A stretch of DNA of 64,000 bases from Camelus dromedarius (lineage: Eukaryota), in NCBI RefSeq assembly GCF_036321535.1, contig NC_087453.1, forward strand, positions 47,058,001 to 47,122,000. The letters run 5' to 3'. The notes under the pieces are model-generated. The model worked only from the letters and a program-made list of their open reading frames with translations. It had not been told where the DNA came from and did no database searches. The translations under genes were made by a program, and so were the position numbers. This document shows, piece after piece, positions 10,701 to 23,140 of this stretch (the first letter of the stretch is position 1; the number at the start of each line of letters is the position of its first letter).

Positions 10701-13194
10701 GCAAACTTCACCCACAGGAGAAGCCAGAGCCAGGCTGCAGATCAGAGAACTGCTCCAAAGTCCTGGGAACAGGCCCCCATGCTTCCTGCCAAAATGCAGG
10801 TTTCTGCAGGGTTTCCCAATTCAGCCACCCCTGGAGCAGGCCTTCAGGGCATGGCCGCAGTCAGACTAGCTTTGCTGGAATTCCGAGTCTCCCAGCCTGG
10901 CTGAGTGCCAGTGAGGACAGGCACCTTTCCCAAACTAGGACCGGAGCCAGGGGTCAGGCCCCGGATGGCGCCTCCAGGGAATCCCGCTGCGCTGGGCCCC
11001 GTCCTGGCTTCTGCTGCCCTCGCTCAGCCTCTGCCTTGGCTGGTGGTTGGTGAGTGCGGACGCGAGGAAGGTGGTGGCACCACTTCCTTCCAGGCCCCCT
11101 TGGGGCGGGGTCTGAGCCTCAGGTGCAGCGTCTCATGGGGGCCTCTCTGGGAGAGAGATTGGCTGCCCTGCCTCCAGGGAGGGTGGACGGTGGGGAGCTT
11201 TGTGGGGTGGCGGTCAGAGTGGAGAGACAAAGGGACAAATAAATCTCCAAGGAACTTATTTCAGTGACGTTATCTGGCCCCACCGCCCGGGCGGCTCCAG
11301 AGTTTCTGCAGGGGGCTCCCCCATAGCAGTAAGGGTGGAAGGGGAGGCCAGGACCTGTCTTGAGCTGCTTTCCCCGGCTTATGTCAGAATGAGCCCCGCT
11401 TGTCCACATCAGGAAGTGGTGAAGGTGCCGATGGCCATAACCATGGAGCCAAGACCCCCAGTTCAGCCCCGGGCCCACCACACTTCTGCCTCCCGGGACC
11501 AGTTCCAGTGTGATGCTCGCTCCGTAGGCGCCGCCTCTGAGGCAGCTTGTGAGGCTCCCTGCACCCCAAGGACCCGCGGACGCCCCTCCCCTTCACCTAA
11601 ACCCTGCCTCGGCTGCCGGGGCCACTGGGGCCGCTGGGGCTGGCGAGATGGGCCAGTGTGGACACAGCTGGGGAGGATGCCTTCTTGGGAACGGTTCTGT
11701 CCTCCCTCATTCCAGCCAAAGCCTGCTCTCTCCAGCCACAGGTCCAGGACAGGGTCTATCCAGACCGAAACGTTTAGGCAATGACTACTCTACTCCAGCC
11801 CAGAAAACCGTGCCCCCACCCGCTTTTGTGCACGTCGGCAAATATTTCTGTGGGATAAAAATCTGGATGTGGTGCATCGTGTTGACAACTATGCAGCTTT
11901 TCAGGGTTTACCAGGGATGGTTCCCGTGTGGGCCTGTGGAATTCACAGAAGGATGTGGGTTCTCTGAGGAAATTGTCTTTTCTTTGGGGTTTTAAAGAGC
12001 TTTTTCCATAAAAGGGAATTTAGCCCATTGCCAAACATCTTTCAAATAACTTGTTCTGTGTTCCCAGTCCTCCCTTGGCAGTCGGGGAGAGGGGTGTGTG
12101 CGTCCAAACTGCAGGCCCAGGTCTGTCACTCTCCGCTCTGGCTCCTGTGTTTCCGACGAGCTCAGACAGGGCTGCTGAGGCCAAGCACAGGACTTGTCTC
12201 TGACACCGGCCCTTTAGCAGGGGCCTCGTCGGCCCGAGAGCCCGGCTTTCCGTGTGGAATTTTCTGGTGGGTCAGGTAGGCTCCTGCCCATGCTCACCTG
12301 TACCCCGTCCTGGGGAGACTCCCAGCTTCCGAGCTCTCGGGAGCTCCCGACTGCGGCCGAGCCAGGCCCTCCGTGCAGAGCGGGCTGGAGCTCCGACCCT
12401 CAGGGAGCCTGGCTTGGGCCCCGAGAATCACAAACGGGAAAGGAAATCCGACAAGGGAAGGTCTTCCTGCCCGGGACAAGGCTGGAGGCCGGGCAGGGAC
12501 GGCTGACGGGCCAGCAGGGATTGGTCCCCCGCTCACCCTCAGAGGACAGTCACGCCTGCACCGCTGCTGCCCGCCTTCCACTCCACATTTCTGGCCTGGG
12601 CACCACCCGCAGCCTCCCCTCCAGGGCCTCGCAGCCCAGGCCCCCTGCGCCTGGCTGACGGAGCCTCCTCCAGCCTCTAAGCCGCAGGGTCACACGAAAG
12701 GATGGCCCTGGAGGGGTTCGCTTCCCACTGGTCCACCTGAAGCACTTCTGAAGAAATGTGGGCAGTCGGCAGGCGTGGAACTCTGTGCTGGGGCAGGTGG
12801 CTCCCGTGAGCCTGTGGACTTCTGAGCCAGAGGGGCCCCTGTCGGGGAGCCAGTCACTCACGCAGCATCAGAGGGGCAGGGCTGATGTCACAAAGGGGCC
12901 ACAGAGGTGACCACTGGTGGGAGAGCAGATGCACCCCGACTTCAGCCCCTGGGCCATGAACTGAGCGCGCTGGAGACAGCACGCGGGCCACGGGACAGGA
13001 GCCGGCGAGCTCGGGTCCTCAGGAAGGAGGAGGACCCGCTGTGGCTGGCGGCCGCTTGGAGTTCTGCCAGCCGGGGAGTGGAGAGGGGCTGGGTGCTTAG
13101 GTGGGTCTGGGTGCAGCTGTGCTGGGCAGGAACGACGCGGGCAATTACTGCAGAGGTCGCGGGGCGGGTGTCAGCAGCTCGAGCCCCACGGGTA

Positions 13195-13202
13195 TGACGT
13201 CA
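13195..13202. promoter_or_regulatory. Perfect CRE palindrome TGACGTCA about 1.17 kb upstream of the CST13 ATG
   Basis: Exact motif in the sequence. Function is inferred from its position upstream of a strong GTGAGT donor at 13434. Confidence 0.45.
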
Positions 13203-14071
13203 GCGCTTGCCATCCAGCGGGGGGTAGGGCAGCGAGAGGGCAGGTGACCACGGGACAAGCTGGGCCCCGGGCGTGGCATCCCCTGTGCACCAGCCTCCCT
13301 GCAGGGCAGTGATGTGCGCTCTGAGCAGGTGCGCAGCCCGGTCGGCCTCCAGCGGTGAGGGTCTGGCTGGCGACTCCTGGGCAGAGGGCGCGGGCCAGAG
13401 TGCGTCCCCGGCGGGCATCTGAGCTGAGACCTTGTGAGTGTTCGGTGCCGTGTGTGTCTGCCAGCTACCAGGCATCTCCTGGTCTCGCCATCATGCCCTC
13501 TGTTTGGCTTGGACACATTGTCCTTACTTCTCTGCAGTGAGCGCACCCCCGGACCCGGCCTGCCTCGAGCTGCTTGCCTGCTCCTGATTTGCACCTAATA
13601 CATCGGCCCCTGGGCCTCGGCATCACTAGCCGCCCTTGATGAGTTTCTCCTGCAGAAGGAACCGCCTTGAAAGCAGACACTGGGTCGGCTGTGGTCCCTT
13701 GTGCGCGTGGGTCAGACTGCGACAGGGCCGTCCCAGAGACACTCCTCCTGTGGGAAGGGTTTCCCAGCCCCGGGGGGATGGCGGGGATGAGACATCCCCC
13801 AGCGGTGAGGGCCCAGCGAGACTCCCTGGTGCTCGGGGACGGATGCCAGCGTGTTGCTCACCAGCCCGACCAGCGAGAGCCGTCTGAGCCGGTGCAAGGT
13901 CTCCATGCTCGTGCTGGGAAGGAGACGAGGGGAAGGAGGGTGTAGAGGCCACGCTCTCCCCGGGCAGCGTGTGCCACAGGTCCTGTGCTGTCTGCACGCA
14001 GAACTGTGCGCGCTGGGCACACGCGGGCCTTGCAAACAAGGGCTGGGGGCCGAGCAGCAGGAAGAACAGCT

Positions 14072-14108
14072 GTGAGTGTGTGCGTGTGTGCATGAGTGTG
14101 TGTGTGTA

Positions 14109-14142
<34 letters not shown>

Positions 14143-14143
14143 C
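14072..14143. repeat. Compound (TG)n microsatellite upstream of CST13
   Basis: Directly visible. Confidence 0.95.
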
Positions 14144-14369
14144 GCCCACCTCCACCACGTGGGTGCACGGAGATGTGCGTCCTCCAAGAAAGGAAGCAGC
14201 CAAGATGGGAAACTGGACTGAATTGCACACTTTGCAGGCGGCTGCCTTTGGTGGGGAAGATGATGTTAACAGCAGTTTTTTCCTTTTCACTCGCAGCAGA
14301 GCAGGGCAGGGCCCCCCAGGCGTGGGAGGACAGAAGGAACTCGGCCCAGGGCCCCTTGGCTGGCCTGTC

Positions 14370-14597
14370 ATGGCCAGGCTCTGCCCCAGCCTGCTGCTCC
14401 TGGTGGCCACTGTGGCCCTGGCGTCCAGTGCTGTCCACGCCTGGGGCACGCCGAAGGTGGTGAGGAAGTTCCAAGACGTCCCGAAGTCCTACGTGTACGT
14501 GCAGCAGGCTGTGTGGTTCGCCATGAAGGAGTACAACAAAGCCAGCTCAGACAAGTTCGCCTTCAAGGTGGTGGAGATCCTGAAGTCCCAGGAGCAG
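14370..14597 (+). CDS. CST13: Cystatin-13 (cystatin T) coding exon 1
   Basis: MARLCPSLLLLVATVALASSAVHAWGTPKVVRKFQDVPKSYVYVQQAVWFAMKEYNKAS...LKSQEQ, 76 codons, donor GTTGGT. The FQD-x-x-x-SYVYVQQA motif matches cystatin-13 as recalled. Confidence 0.92.
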
Positions 14598-16515
14598 GTT
14601 GGTGGCTTTGGCTCCCCCTCTGTCTCCGGGCCTGCGGTAGAGGCAGGCCCGCTGCCATGGGGAGCAGCTGAGAGAGGCCCTGAGCCAAAGTATGTGAACT
14701 TTATTTTAGGGGACTGGGGAAGAAAATCAATTAAATCTCCTCCTGTACAATTCTGGGGTAAAATACAGCACATCCATTAAGATAACTTAGAATTGGCCAC
14801 CGTCACATCAGAAGGCGCAGGTGAGGGCCTAGAAGGGCTCTTGGGGGGGTCATTTTTGGGAGAGTTTGAACGGACCTCATTCACAGGGGTGGTGTGGGCG
14901 GGGGTGCCTTGTGACACAGTCAACCAGCAAACAAACTCCACATCCAGCTTTCACTGAAAAAGGAACTGGGGCTGAAGGGCAAGCTCTTCTTTATAGCAAA
15001 GTGCCTGCTTACAGCTGTGAACGAGCATGAAACTCGAACATCACCTTTGGCAACCACCAAGGTCACGAGGGGCTCAGGCAGAGGCCAGCAGTGACCCTCC
15101 CCCCGCGAGGACAGCGTGGGAGGGAGAACCCCCGCAGGGAGTCCCTGTTGAGTAATTACAGCCAGGATGCCCGGGGGCCTCGCTCCCCGAAGGCCCGTAC
15201 CAACACCGGGGCAAACTGAACGTCACGCGCCTCCGATGCGGCGTCACTGGAAGGGCACCCCAGACGCACCCCCGACGGTAATCACGAGGGCAGTTAGCGT
15301 CTCCGAGCCCGACGAAAGTATTAGTGTCGTGAGACAGGGGAGCAGGGGACATTTCTCCATTCAGGGGGGCTTAGGAAACAAGGGGGGATAACTGCCGGGG
15401 GTGGTTCTGTATTGCCTCTTGGATTTAAAATAATGCTGGAAAGGCTGATGTGAGGACAGCGGGAGGGGTCTGAACATGGACTGTGTCTTAGAAGAGCACG
15501 TTGAACCAACGCTGTGTTTCCTGAGGAAGAGCTGTCCTGTGGTTTTCGCAGGGGCCGGAGCTGGGGGGCAGGCCGGTCTGCTGGAGCCCGAGGTGTGGGG
15601 GGAGCCCGGGTTGTAGGTGACCCTGGCCCGACCTGCATCTCTGCCCTCCCGTCACCGCCAACCTGCCCGTTTCCTGCCTTTTTGTGTGGTCGGAAGGTGC
15701 AGGCGATGCCTCCACCCCACAAGAGGCCGGACACCGGCAGCCTCACCCCCTCTACGCGGTGGGTCCCGGGCTCCCCCGGTCCTCCGTGCAGCCCCGGCTC
15801 TGTCGTTCGTGTCCGCAGGCAGTGGTCACCTGCCGAGTTCGGACGTCATGGGTGTCAGCGTGGCACCCGTTCCTCGTGAGGCTCCCCCCTCCCAGGACCG
15901 GCCCGCTTCCCGGGACTTCTCCTTCCCTGTGCTCCCCATTTATCAAACAGAAATGGTGGGTTCTGCCTCATAGACAGGGATTCAGTAATAAAACAAACCA
16001 GAGACCCACATGTCCCAAAACTTAGGTCTCATTTCATACTGTTTGCTTGTTCTTTTCATGAACGTACATTTTATTTGTCTGCTCTGCCAGCCTTGAATGC
16101 AGATAAGGATGCGAAAGAATCAAGGAGAAACAGGTTCAAAGAGGCCAGAACAGGGGCCCTCCCTGAATGGAGGTGGGCCCGTAGGGCTGCGGGTGTGGGA
16201 AGATGCGGAAAGTCAGGGATTTGGGGGGTGTTCCACGTGGAATTAGGGTGGATTATCAAAACTGCCAAAGCTTCAGGGAGAAGCGATACACTCTCAGCAG
16301 AGACTTTAAATACAAGAGAGACTGAGAAACAGAGAGATCGAGGTACGACCAGCCCTTGTTACCCCAAAACTCTGACAAAAAAAAAAACAGCCGTAGGAGG
16401 GAGGGAGGGAGAAACAGCCTCTGCGCTGAGCAGGGATGGCATGTTTGTTTATCCACTTGATCACGGACACCACGTGCGCTTTTATGAGGTCTAACCTTAA
16501 ATTACTCTCGGGCAG

Positions 16516-16629
16516 ATCACGGATAGCTTGGATTACCTTATTGAAGCCAAGATTGTCCGGACAACATGCAAGAAAGTTTCAGGAGAACATGAGAACTGCT
16601 CAGAGCAGCAGGACCCCCAGATGCAGAAG
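16516..16629 (+). CDS. CST13: Cystatin-13 coding exon 2
   Basis: 114-nt phase-0 exon, cAG/GTAGGT. ITDSLDYLIEAKIVRTTCKKVSGEHENCSEQQDPQMQK. Confidence 0.93.
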
Positions 16630-17417
16630 GTAGGTGCTCAGACGGCGTCCAGCAGACCTCGCTCGCCCAGCTCGACATGCCTTCCTGTCCTGCGGAGACG
16701 CCTCCCTGCCTCTGCCGTGGGTGGGTCTCAGGACGCCTGCGGGTCCCCGTGTCCCCGTGCCAGAGCTCCTGTGCATTCGAGCATATTTGCTTTCTCTAGT
16801 TTTTTACTGAGACCTAGAAAGGAAGAAAGGGTGAATATCTGAGCTCCTTGGAAAACAAATCTTAAAACTTGATATTGTTTTAGACAGTTACAGGCCTGAT
16901 TCACTTCAGGTAGAAAAGCTGGGCATTTTCAGAAGACTTAAGTGGCTTAAAATCAACTAGAAAGACGCTTGTGTAAAGGTTACCCCTGTCGGCTTGTCAC
17001 GTAGCCAAGTTTTCCTGTATTTTGTATTTGGGTTATTGTGTAGTTGGGATCACACTGTGCACCGTTCCACAATTTAGATGCTTATTTGATAATAAAATCT
17101 AAGGATTTCCCAAACTGTAAAATTATCTGAGGGCACTCTGTAGCGGAACTAGTTGACTTCATTTAACGTTTACACGTAGTATTCAGTCAATCCCGGAGAA
17201 TTATTCACATTTTTCTCATTTTTAGCCGTTGCGAGCGTGTCCTAATGAATATTCTTCCTTATTTCTGTCTGTGTGTGTATCTGGTTGTTGTTGCCTTGTG
17301 GGCAAATTCCCAGACGCTGAATTACTCATCCAATATTTCTTTTAACTTCTTGAAGATTTTTATATATTCACTAAAATGTCCCCTAGGATTGCTCTCAATA
17401 GCTGGGCTTGCTTTCTT

Positions 17418-17560
17418 TTTTTTTTTTTTTTTTTTTCTGGTGGGGGGTAGGTAATTAGGCTTACTTATTTAAATTTGGTTTTAAATGGAGGTCCCAGGGA
17501 TGGAGCCCGGGACCTAGTGCATGGTGCTAAGCACGTGCTCTACCGCTGGGCTCCTCCCTC
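17418..17560 (-). mobile_element. tRNA-derived SINE (Vic-1 type) in CST13 intron
   Basis: Poly-T followed by ggtaattagg...aatggaggtcccagggatggagcccgggacc...ctaagcacgtgctctaccgctgggctc; same family as 2927-3075. Confidence 0.85.
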
Positions 17561-18499
17561 CCTGGTGCCTGGGTTGCTTTCTATGTTGGTTGATCCAGAA
17601 GTTAAGGAAAAAGTTGACCCTCTGATAAGCCCACTCTCTCCCCTCCCCACCCCTCCCACCGCTGCCAGGAACCATCTCAACCCATCCTGGATGCCCCCTC
17701 TGCCCGGACGCCCCCCAGGCCGGCCTCAGTTCCTCCGCGGCAGCTCTGGGTTGTGGTAGCTTGGTCCTGTTTCCCACTCAAACTGAACCTCACACAACTT
17801 CGTATCTGCTTGATGCTGTCACTCGTGCTTCTGCTGATGCAATGGAGTTCAAAAGAAAGAATTCTTTGTATTTTTATTCTAACTGAATAAAGATATCGGG
17901 AGAGAGGAGGGACACGGCGAGTCATCCACGCCGGAAACCTGAACCCCTTCATTCCACAGGCCCTGGAAAGGGCTCCCTGTGTAACCCCCCAGCTCTCCAG
18001 GGCAAGCTTTTCATGGTGGTCCCCAGCCAGACTTGGCCCCTTTCCCAGGCATGCAGGACCCTGACTCTTCTGTGGTGCCGCCTCCCCCGGGGAGGACGGC
18101 TGGGCCCTCCGCTCAGCACGGGGTCTCCGTGTGGCCGGAGGAGGGCTGCAGCTGGGCATGAGGATTTCTTGAGAATGATTAGTCCCTGGGCTCCAAATCT
18201 TGTTCTTCCCACATCAGCGATGGCTTCAGATCGTGGGGACGTGAACTGCAGAGGGCTCCTCCTGGTGGCAAGGCGGGCTCCTCAGGAGAGGTGACCTCAG
18301 CCAAGCCCCCGCAGGGCCCTGGCCCACAGACCCCGCGGAGACGGCTCAGGGCTCTGCAGGGCGCGGCCGGCTCAGGAAGCCTCTTAGCCGCCTGAAGCCA
18401 GATCCCCGCTCCTGGAAATACACATTTCTGGGGCTTTTTTGACTGTGGGTTTTGTTTCACTTTTTCTTACAAGCTGATTATCCTTTTTGTCTCTTTTAG

Positions 18500-18583
18500 A
18501 TGTTTTATTGCACCTTTATTGTTGCGTCCAAACCCTGGAACTTTGAACTCAAGCTGCTGAAGAAGGAATGCCGACCCGTCTAG
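18500..18583 (+). CDS. CST13: Cystatin-13 coding exon 3
   Basis: Long pyrimidine acceptor ctcttttAG; MFYCTFIVASKPWNFELKLLKKECRPV*. Spliced protein is 141 aa with four conserved Cys. Confidence 0.93.
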   Translation: MFYCTFIVASKPWNFELKLLKKECRPV

Positions 18584-19574
18584 CCCTCCGGCGCGTCCTG
18601 CGCCCTGACGTGCCTCCGGAGAAGCACAGACGCCTGAGAACGTTGAAATAACACGGCTGACGTGCTGACTTCCCTCCTGTAGCCTTTTGCCTTTTTGTGC
18701 GTTCTCCGCGCGAGGAGGCGGAGCCGTGCTGCCTTTATGTGGTGGGTAATTTCTGCGAGGCTCCGAGGGTGCGGTCGTGTGGGAATGTCCATCCGTGGGT
18801 TTCCAGACAGCTCCCTGCCCGGGACGCAGGAGCTCACGGGGCTGCAGACAGAGGTTTAAACCCCAAATCCAAGCTGGGAGACAGCTGGGTCATTTGCAGA
18901 CTTGTGTTGTACTTTTGGTTTTGAAATGAGGCAGAAATTTGCCAGAGCGATGGTACCTGGCAAGTAGGCTGCGTGTGTGTGTGTGCGTGTGTCTGCGTGT
19001 GTCTGCGTGTACCTGTGCGCACACAGTGGGAGGTATAATCCAGTGCTGCGTGACTGGTCGCCTTGCCCTTGCTGCTTAAGCCATTTCTTGTGTCTCTGCG
19101 GGGTCTGCGGGCCAGGGCCCTGCGGCGGCTTGGCTGGGGTCACCTCTCCCGAGGTGGCAGACTCAGACTCTGAGGGCACTGACCCATCAGAAGGTGAGTT
19201 TGGCTCCGGGGAGCCCACTTGCAGGCTGGCTCGCTCTCACGGCTGCAGGGCGGTGTGGCTGCTGGCAGGCGGTCTCTGTTATCCTCCGTGTGGCCCCTCC
19301 GGGGGCGGCCGGGGGCTGCGTGTGTTGCCTGGTTCCTCCAGACACAGGCCTGAGAGACCAGCTGGAAGACACAGCGCCCTTTGTGCCCCGGCTTTAGGTG
19401 CCCCACCAGCTCCTCTTTGTGTTACCGGTCACCTGGCTTAGTTCTGGGTGGGTGGGGTCGGGGACACAGCAAGGTATGACACCCAGGAGTGTGGCTGCTC
19501 CTTGGAGTCGCTGCAATTAGACAGGTTCCAACAGCAGTTCCTGGGCATTGACTAACTAAAAAGACGACTTTTGC

Positions 19575-19775
19575 CCTCAACACACTTCTATACATAAAGT
19601 ACACACAAGGACCTACTGTGCGGCACAGGGAGCTGTACCCGGTGTTTAATGATGACCTATAATGGAAAAGAATCTGCAAAAGAACGTATATGTACATGGG
19701 TAACTGAATCACTGTGCTGCACACCGGAAACTAACACAGCATTGTAAAGCAACTATACGTCAATTTAAAAAAAAG
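19575..19775 (+). mobile_element. L1 3' end fragment (cetartiodactyl type) with A-tail
   Basis: caaggacctactgtg...cacagggag...acctataatggaaaagaatctg...actgaatcactgtgctgcacaccggaaactaacacagcattgtaaagcaactatacgtcaatttaaaaaaaa. Confidence 0.85.
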
Positions 19776-21210
19776 AATGACTTTTCAGGGCAGGAAGCCC
19801 CCGGCTGTGAGCGAGTCTGTGCAGGGACAGGCTGGCAGGTTCACAGCAACCCCTCTCCCCACACAGGCCCCACCTGCTCGCGGACACCTGGCTTCTGGAC
19901 ACCCACCTTTTTCTCTCTCACCAGCATGGTGTTCTGACCCCTCCCCTGAGCTGGTGCAGCCCCCAGACCATCCTCCAGCCCCAAGTCCCCAGCCCACGTG
20001 GGGTGGATTTCTCACTGTGGCTCCACTGCATCCAGGCCCGGGGGCCCTGAACCGAGCTGCTCAAAGTGTGGTCCAGAGGCAGGAGCGGCAATGGCCCCGG
20101 GAACGGGCTAGGGTGCGGATGCCCAGGGCCTGCCCAGACTGGGGTCAGAATCCCGCAGGGCCGGGGAGGCCCAGGAGCAGGGCACCCACAGGCCTCTGGG
20201 GGACTCCGGTCCCCTCTGAAGGTCTCAAGGAGCCGGGAACAGAGGCTAAAGGCCTATGTCAGGGCACAGAGCTGAGGCCTGGATTGGAAAGAGTGTGTTG
20301 TGGGGTCATCCCAGAGCTGCCTGAGCCGCCCCAGTGGGAGGCTGGGAAGGTGTCTTCTGCAGAAACAGACTCTGCACAGGAAGCAGTGTCCTCTGTGCCG
20401 TGTCCTCTGTCTCCCGTGGACACAGCTCAGCCTCCCTGAGCACGCTGGGTCCACCCCCGACCCCCGCCTCTCTGCTCCTCCTACACTCACGCTTCCTCCC
20501 CTAACGACACCCCAACAAAAGGGGCGTGGGAGGCCACCGTGGGTCGGTGGAGGGGGCGTGGCCATCACACAGCAAGGTTGACCACCCCGGAGCGGAGTGG
20601 GGGCGGGAAGGGAGACGCAGGGGCTGGCCGGCAGCTCCGGGGCCCAGGAGTGTCCAGGACCTGCACGTCCTCTGACCTGGCGCCAGCCCAGGGGCCACGA
20701 GCCTCACTGCTCCACAACTCGGGGGGTTGGGGGCCACGTGGGACGAGGCCACGCCCGCACCTGTCAGGACCCCGGCCCCTGCTGCCTTCTTAGCATGAAT
20801 GCCCTCGACGTCTGGGCAGGCGCCTCTGCCGCCCTCAAAGCCGGCCCTCGGCAACCCCTCCTCTGCGGCCCTGTCCCTCCTCGTCCCGCTGACCCTCACC
20901 CACTGCTGTGCCCACGGACCACCTTCCTCCGAAACCTCTCGCGACTGAGTCCTCGATTCGGAGTCTCGGTCTGGGGCCTCCAGGCAAGCCTCCCTCCCCC
21001 GGAGGGGTCCAGGGGCGCCTGCGCTGGGCTTCCGCTGCAGCGGGCCCTCCTCCACGGCCGGCCCCTCCCGCCCCCGCCTGGCTCCTGTGTCTCTGCCCTG
21101 GGCCCGCGGGAGCTCTATCAGCTTCGGAAGGAGGAGGCAGGGTCACAGGAGGGAAGACACAGGGTGCAACGCCAGAGGGAGGCCCAGCGGAGGAGTGCGT
21201 CCTGGAGCAG

Positions 21211-21540
21211 ATGGACTGGACCGAGGCCCAGGCAGGCAGGGTGGGAGCCGGAGTGGGGAAGGCGGGAGGCACGGGAGCCCGGCCGCCCACAGCCACGCAG
21301 CGCCGGCGGGGCAGGTGGAGGTGGGCTCGGCCCTGGGCCCTGCTCCTGCTTCTCCTGGGTCCCCAGCTCCTGGAGGCGCGCGGCTGGGGTCTCCAGAGGG
21401 AAGTGAGCGCGGAGGACCAGAGGGTGCTGGAAAGGTACTTACCTGCCACCGTGGAGTACGCCGTACACGAGTTCAACCTGAGGAGCCAGGACGAGAACGC
21501 CTACAAGGTGAAGCGTGTCCTGAGGTCCTGGAGGGAGCCG
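21211..21540 (+). CDS. CST9L: Cystatin-9-like (testatin family) copy A, coding exon 1; start uncertain (ATG 21211 or ACG 21295)
   Basis: ...RPWALLLLLLGPQLLEARGW...ERYLPATVEYAVHEFNLRSQDENAYKVKRVLRSWREP, donor GTGGGT at 21541. RYLPATVE-x-AVH matches CST9L as recalled. Confidence 0.85.
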
Positions 21541-22249
21541 GTGGGTACCACGCGCCCGCCCCGCCGGCCGGCACCTGCTCTCGCGGGAGGCCGGGGGAGG
21601 GTCCCGTCGGGCCGTCCTCTTCCCCACCCGAAGCCCGTAAAGCAGAGGGGAAATGCAGTCTGTTCAGTCGCTCTCAGTTCCTATCAAAGGAGTAACTTGG
21701 AAACTTTTAGCGCCTCAGTCCATCAACTCACACGTAAGGTGTGTCTTCAGTTTTCGTCATCTCTGGACGTGGTTTAATGAAGAATGACCAAAATATGGCC
21801 GATGAGGGGATGAAGGTATTTAGTTAAAAAAAAAAGAAAAACCTCAGGGAGTATTGGATTCGATAGATTCAGAAAATATTTCAAGGAAATAACAGTAAAG
21901 TGGGTTAATTCAGAAAGAGAGAGACAGAGACGCCCAGACATGCACGGAGGGAGGGAGGAGGCCGGGGCCTGGAGGGGTGGGGGCAGGCCGCAGGGTCCCC
22001 TGGCCCTGAGGACCCCTGCGAGGTCACGGCCTCTCCTCTGACCCCACCTGCTCTGGGCGCCTTCCGGGTCTCCGCCCACGCAGGCTGAGTGTGACTTACA
22101 CTCTTCCGGACCTTGGTTCTTAATCCTAAACTGTTCTCCTGGCCGTGGGGTCTCTGCAGAGTGCCAGCAGGGGTGCGATTTCCACGTGGGCTGCAGACGC
22201 CAACACTGAGACCCTCGGCTGGAGGAGCACGTCTGGCCTGTGTGCGCTT

Positions 22250-22322
22250 GTGAGTGTGTGTGTGCGTGTGTGAGTGTGTGCGTGAGTGTGTGTGTGTGTG
22301 TGCACGTGTGTGCGTGTGTGTA
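22250..22322. repeat. Compound (TG)n microsatellite in CST9L copy A intron 1 (mirrored at about 27025-27097)
   Basis: Directly visible in both arms. Confidence 0.9.
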
Positions 22323-22538
22323 GCCGTAGCGCCGAGCGGCATTTTCCTGCCGTGGGGCAGGTGAAAGCGTGACATGGGGCGTGAGGGTGAGCCCCCCTTT
22401 CTCAGAACGGACTGACCCAGCAAACTTGCGGAGCCGGCACCCCCGGCCCGGCCCGCCCTCCCGCTCTGCGGGGACCTGCTGTGCCTGCCACCCGCGGGCA
22501 GGAGGGACGCCCTCACCTCGGTGTCTCCCCGACCACAG

Positions 22539-22652
22539 GTGGACACCGCCATGGTGTTCTCCACGGAGCTGCAGCTCACCCGCACCAGGTGTGGGAAGTT
22601 TGACGAAGACATTGACAACTGTCCGTTTCAAGGACGTCCGGACGTGAACAAC
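22539..22652 (+). CDS. CST9L: CST9L copy A coding exon 2
   Basis: 114-nt phase-0 exon, cAG/GTAAGA. VDTAMVFSTELQLTRTRCGKFDEDIDNCPFQGRPDVNN. Confidence 0.92.
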
Positions 22653-23140
22653 GTAAGAGACGCACCAGCCGCCCTCGGGTGACACGGGGTGGATGCCGCC
22701 CCGGGGGCGGGGCTGTGGCAGTGATGACAGCGCCGCTCCTAGAGACACAGGGGGGTGACCGGCACCCTGCCCCGCGGAACTCCCACTCCTGCTCCAGCTG
22801 ACAAGGGGCTGAACCCCGCCCCAGGACAAGCCCCGCAGGGTCGAGGCCCCCGGGAGACAGCAGGTGTGCAGGGAGACTCCCAATGGGGCGCTGGGGGCTT
22901 GGTCCCACTGGGACAGCCTCTGGGGACCACAGGCCTGGCGGGGAAAGAAGGACACAGGCGCCCTGGGGTCAGGAGCGAGTCCCAGGTCGGGGGCATCCAC
23001 GACCGAGGGCAGGAGCCTGCACCCCCTGCCGCCCCCGCCCCCAGGAGTGCAAAGTTGTGTGGGTGCTGGGCTTAGAGCCAGAGCCACCAGCTTCCCAAGG
23101 CCCCTCCACCCACGCTCCCTCCCCTGCGTTTCCCCCGCAG

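Noticed and set aside
21774-23087. 437-aa ORF (and its mirror 26260-27573), plus other 200-300-aa ORFs such as 9097-10011, 45851-46771 and 13626-14474
   Set aside because: Antisense or alternative frames of GC-rich DNA, rich in Pro/Gly/Arg/Ala, crossing introns and microsatellites (HTHT/VCVC runs), with no recognisable domain.
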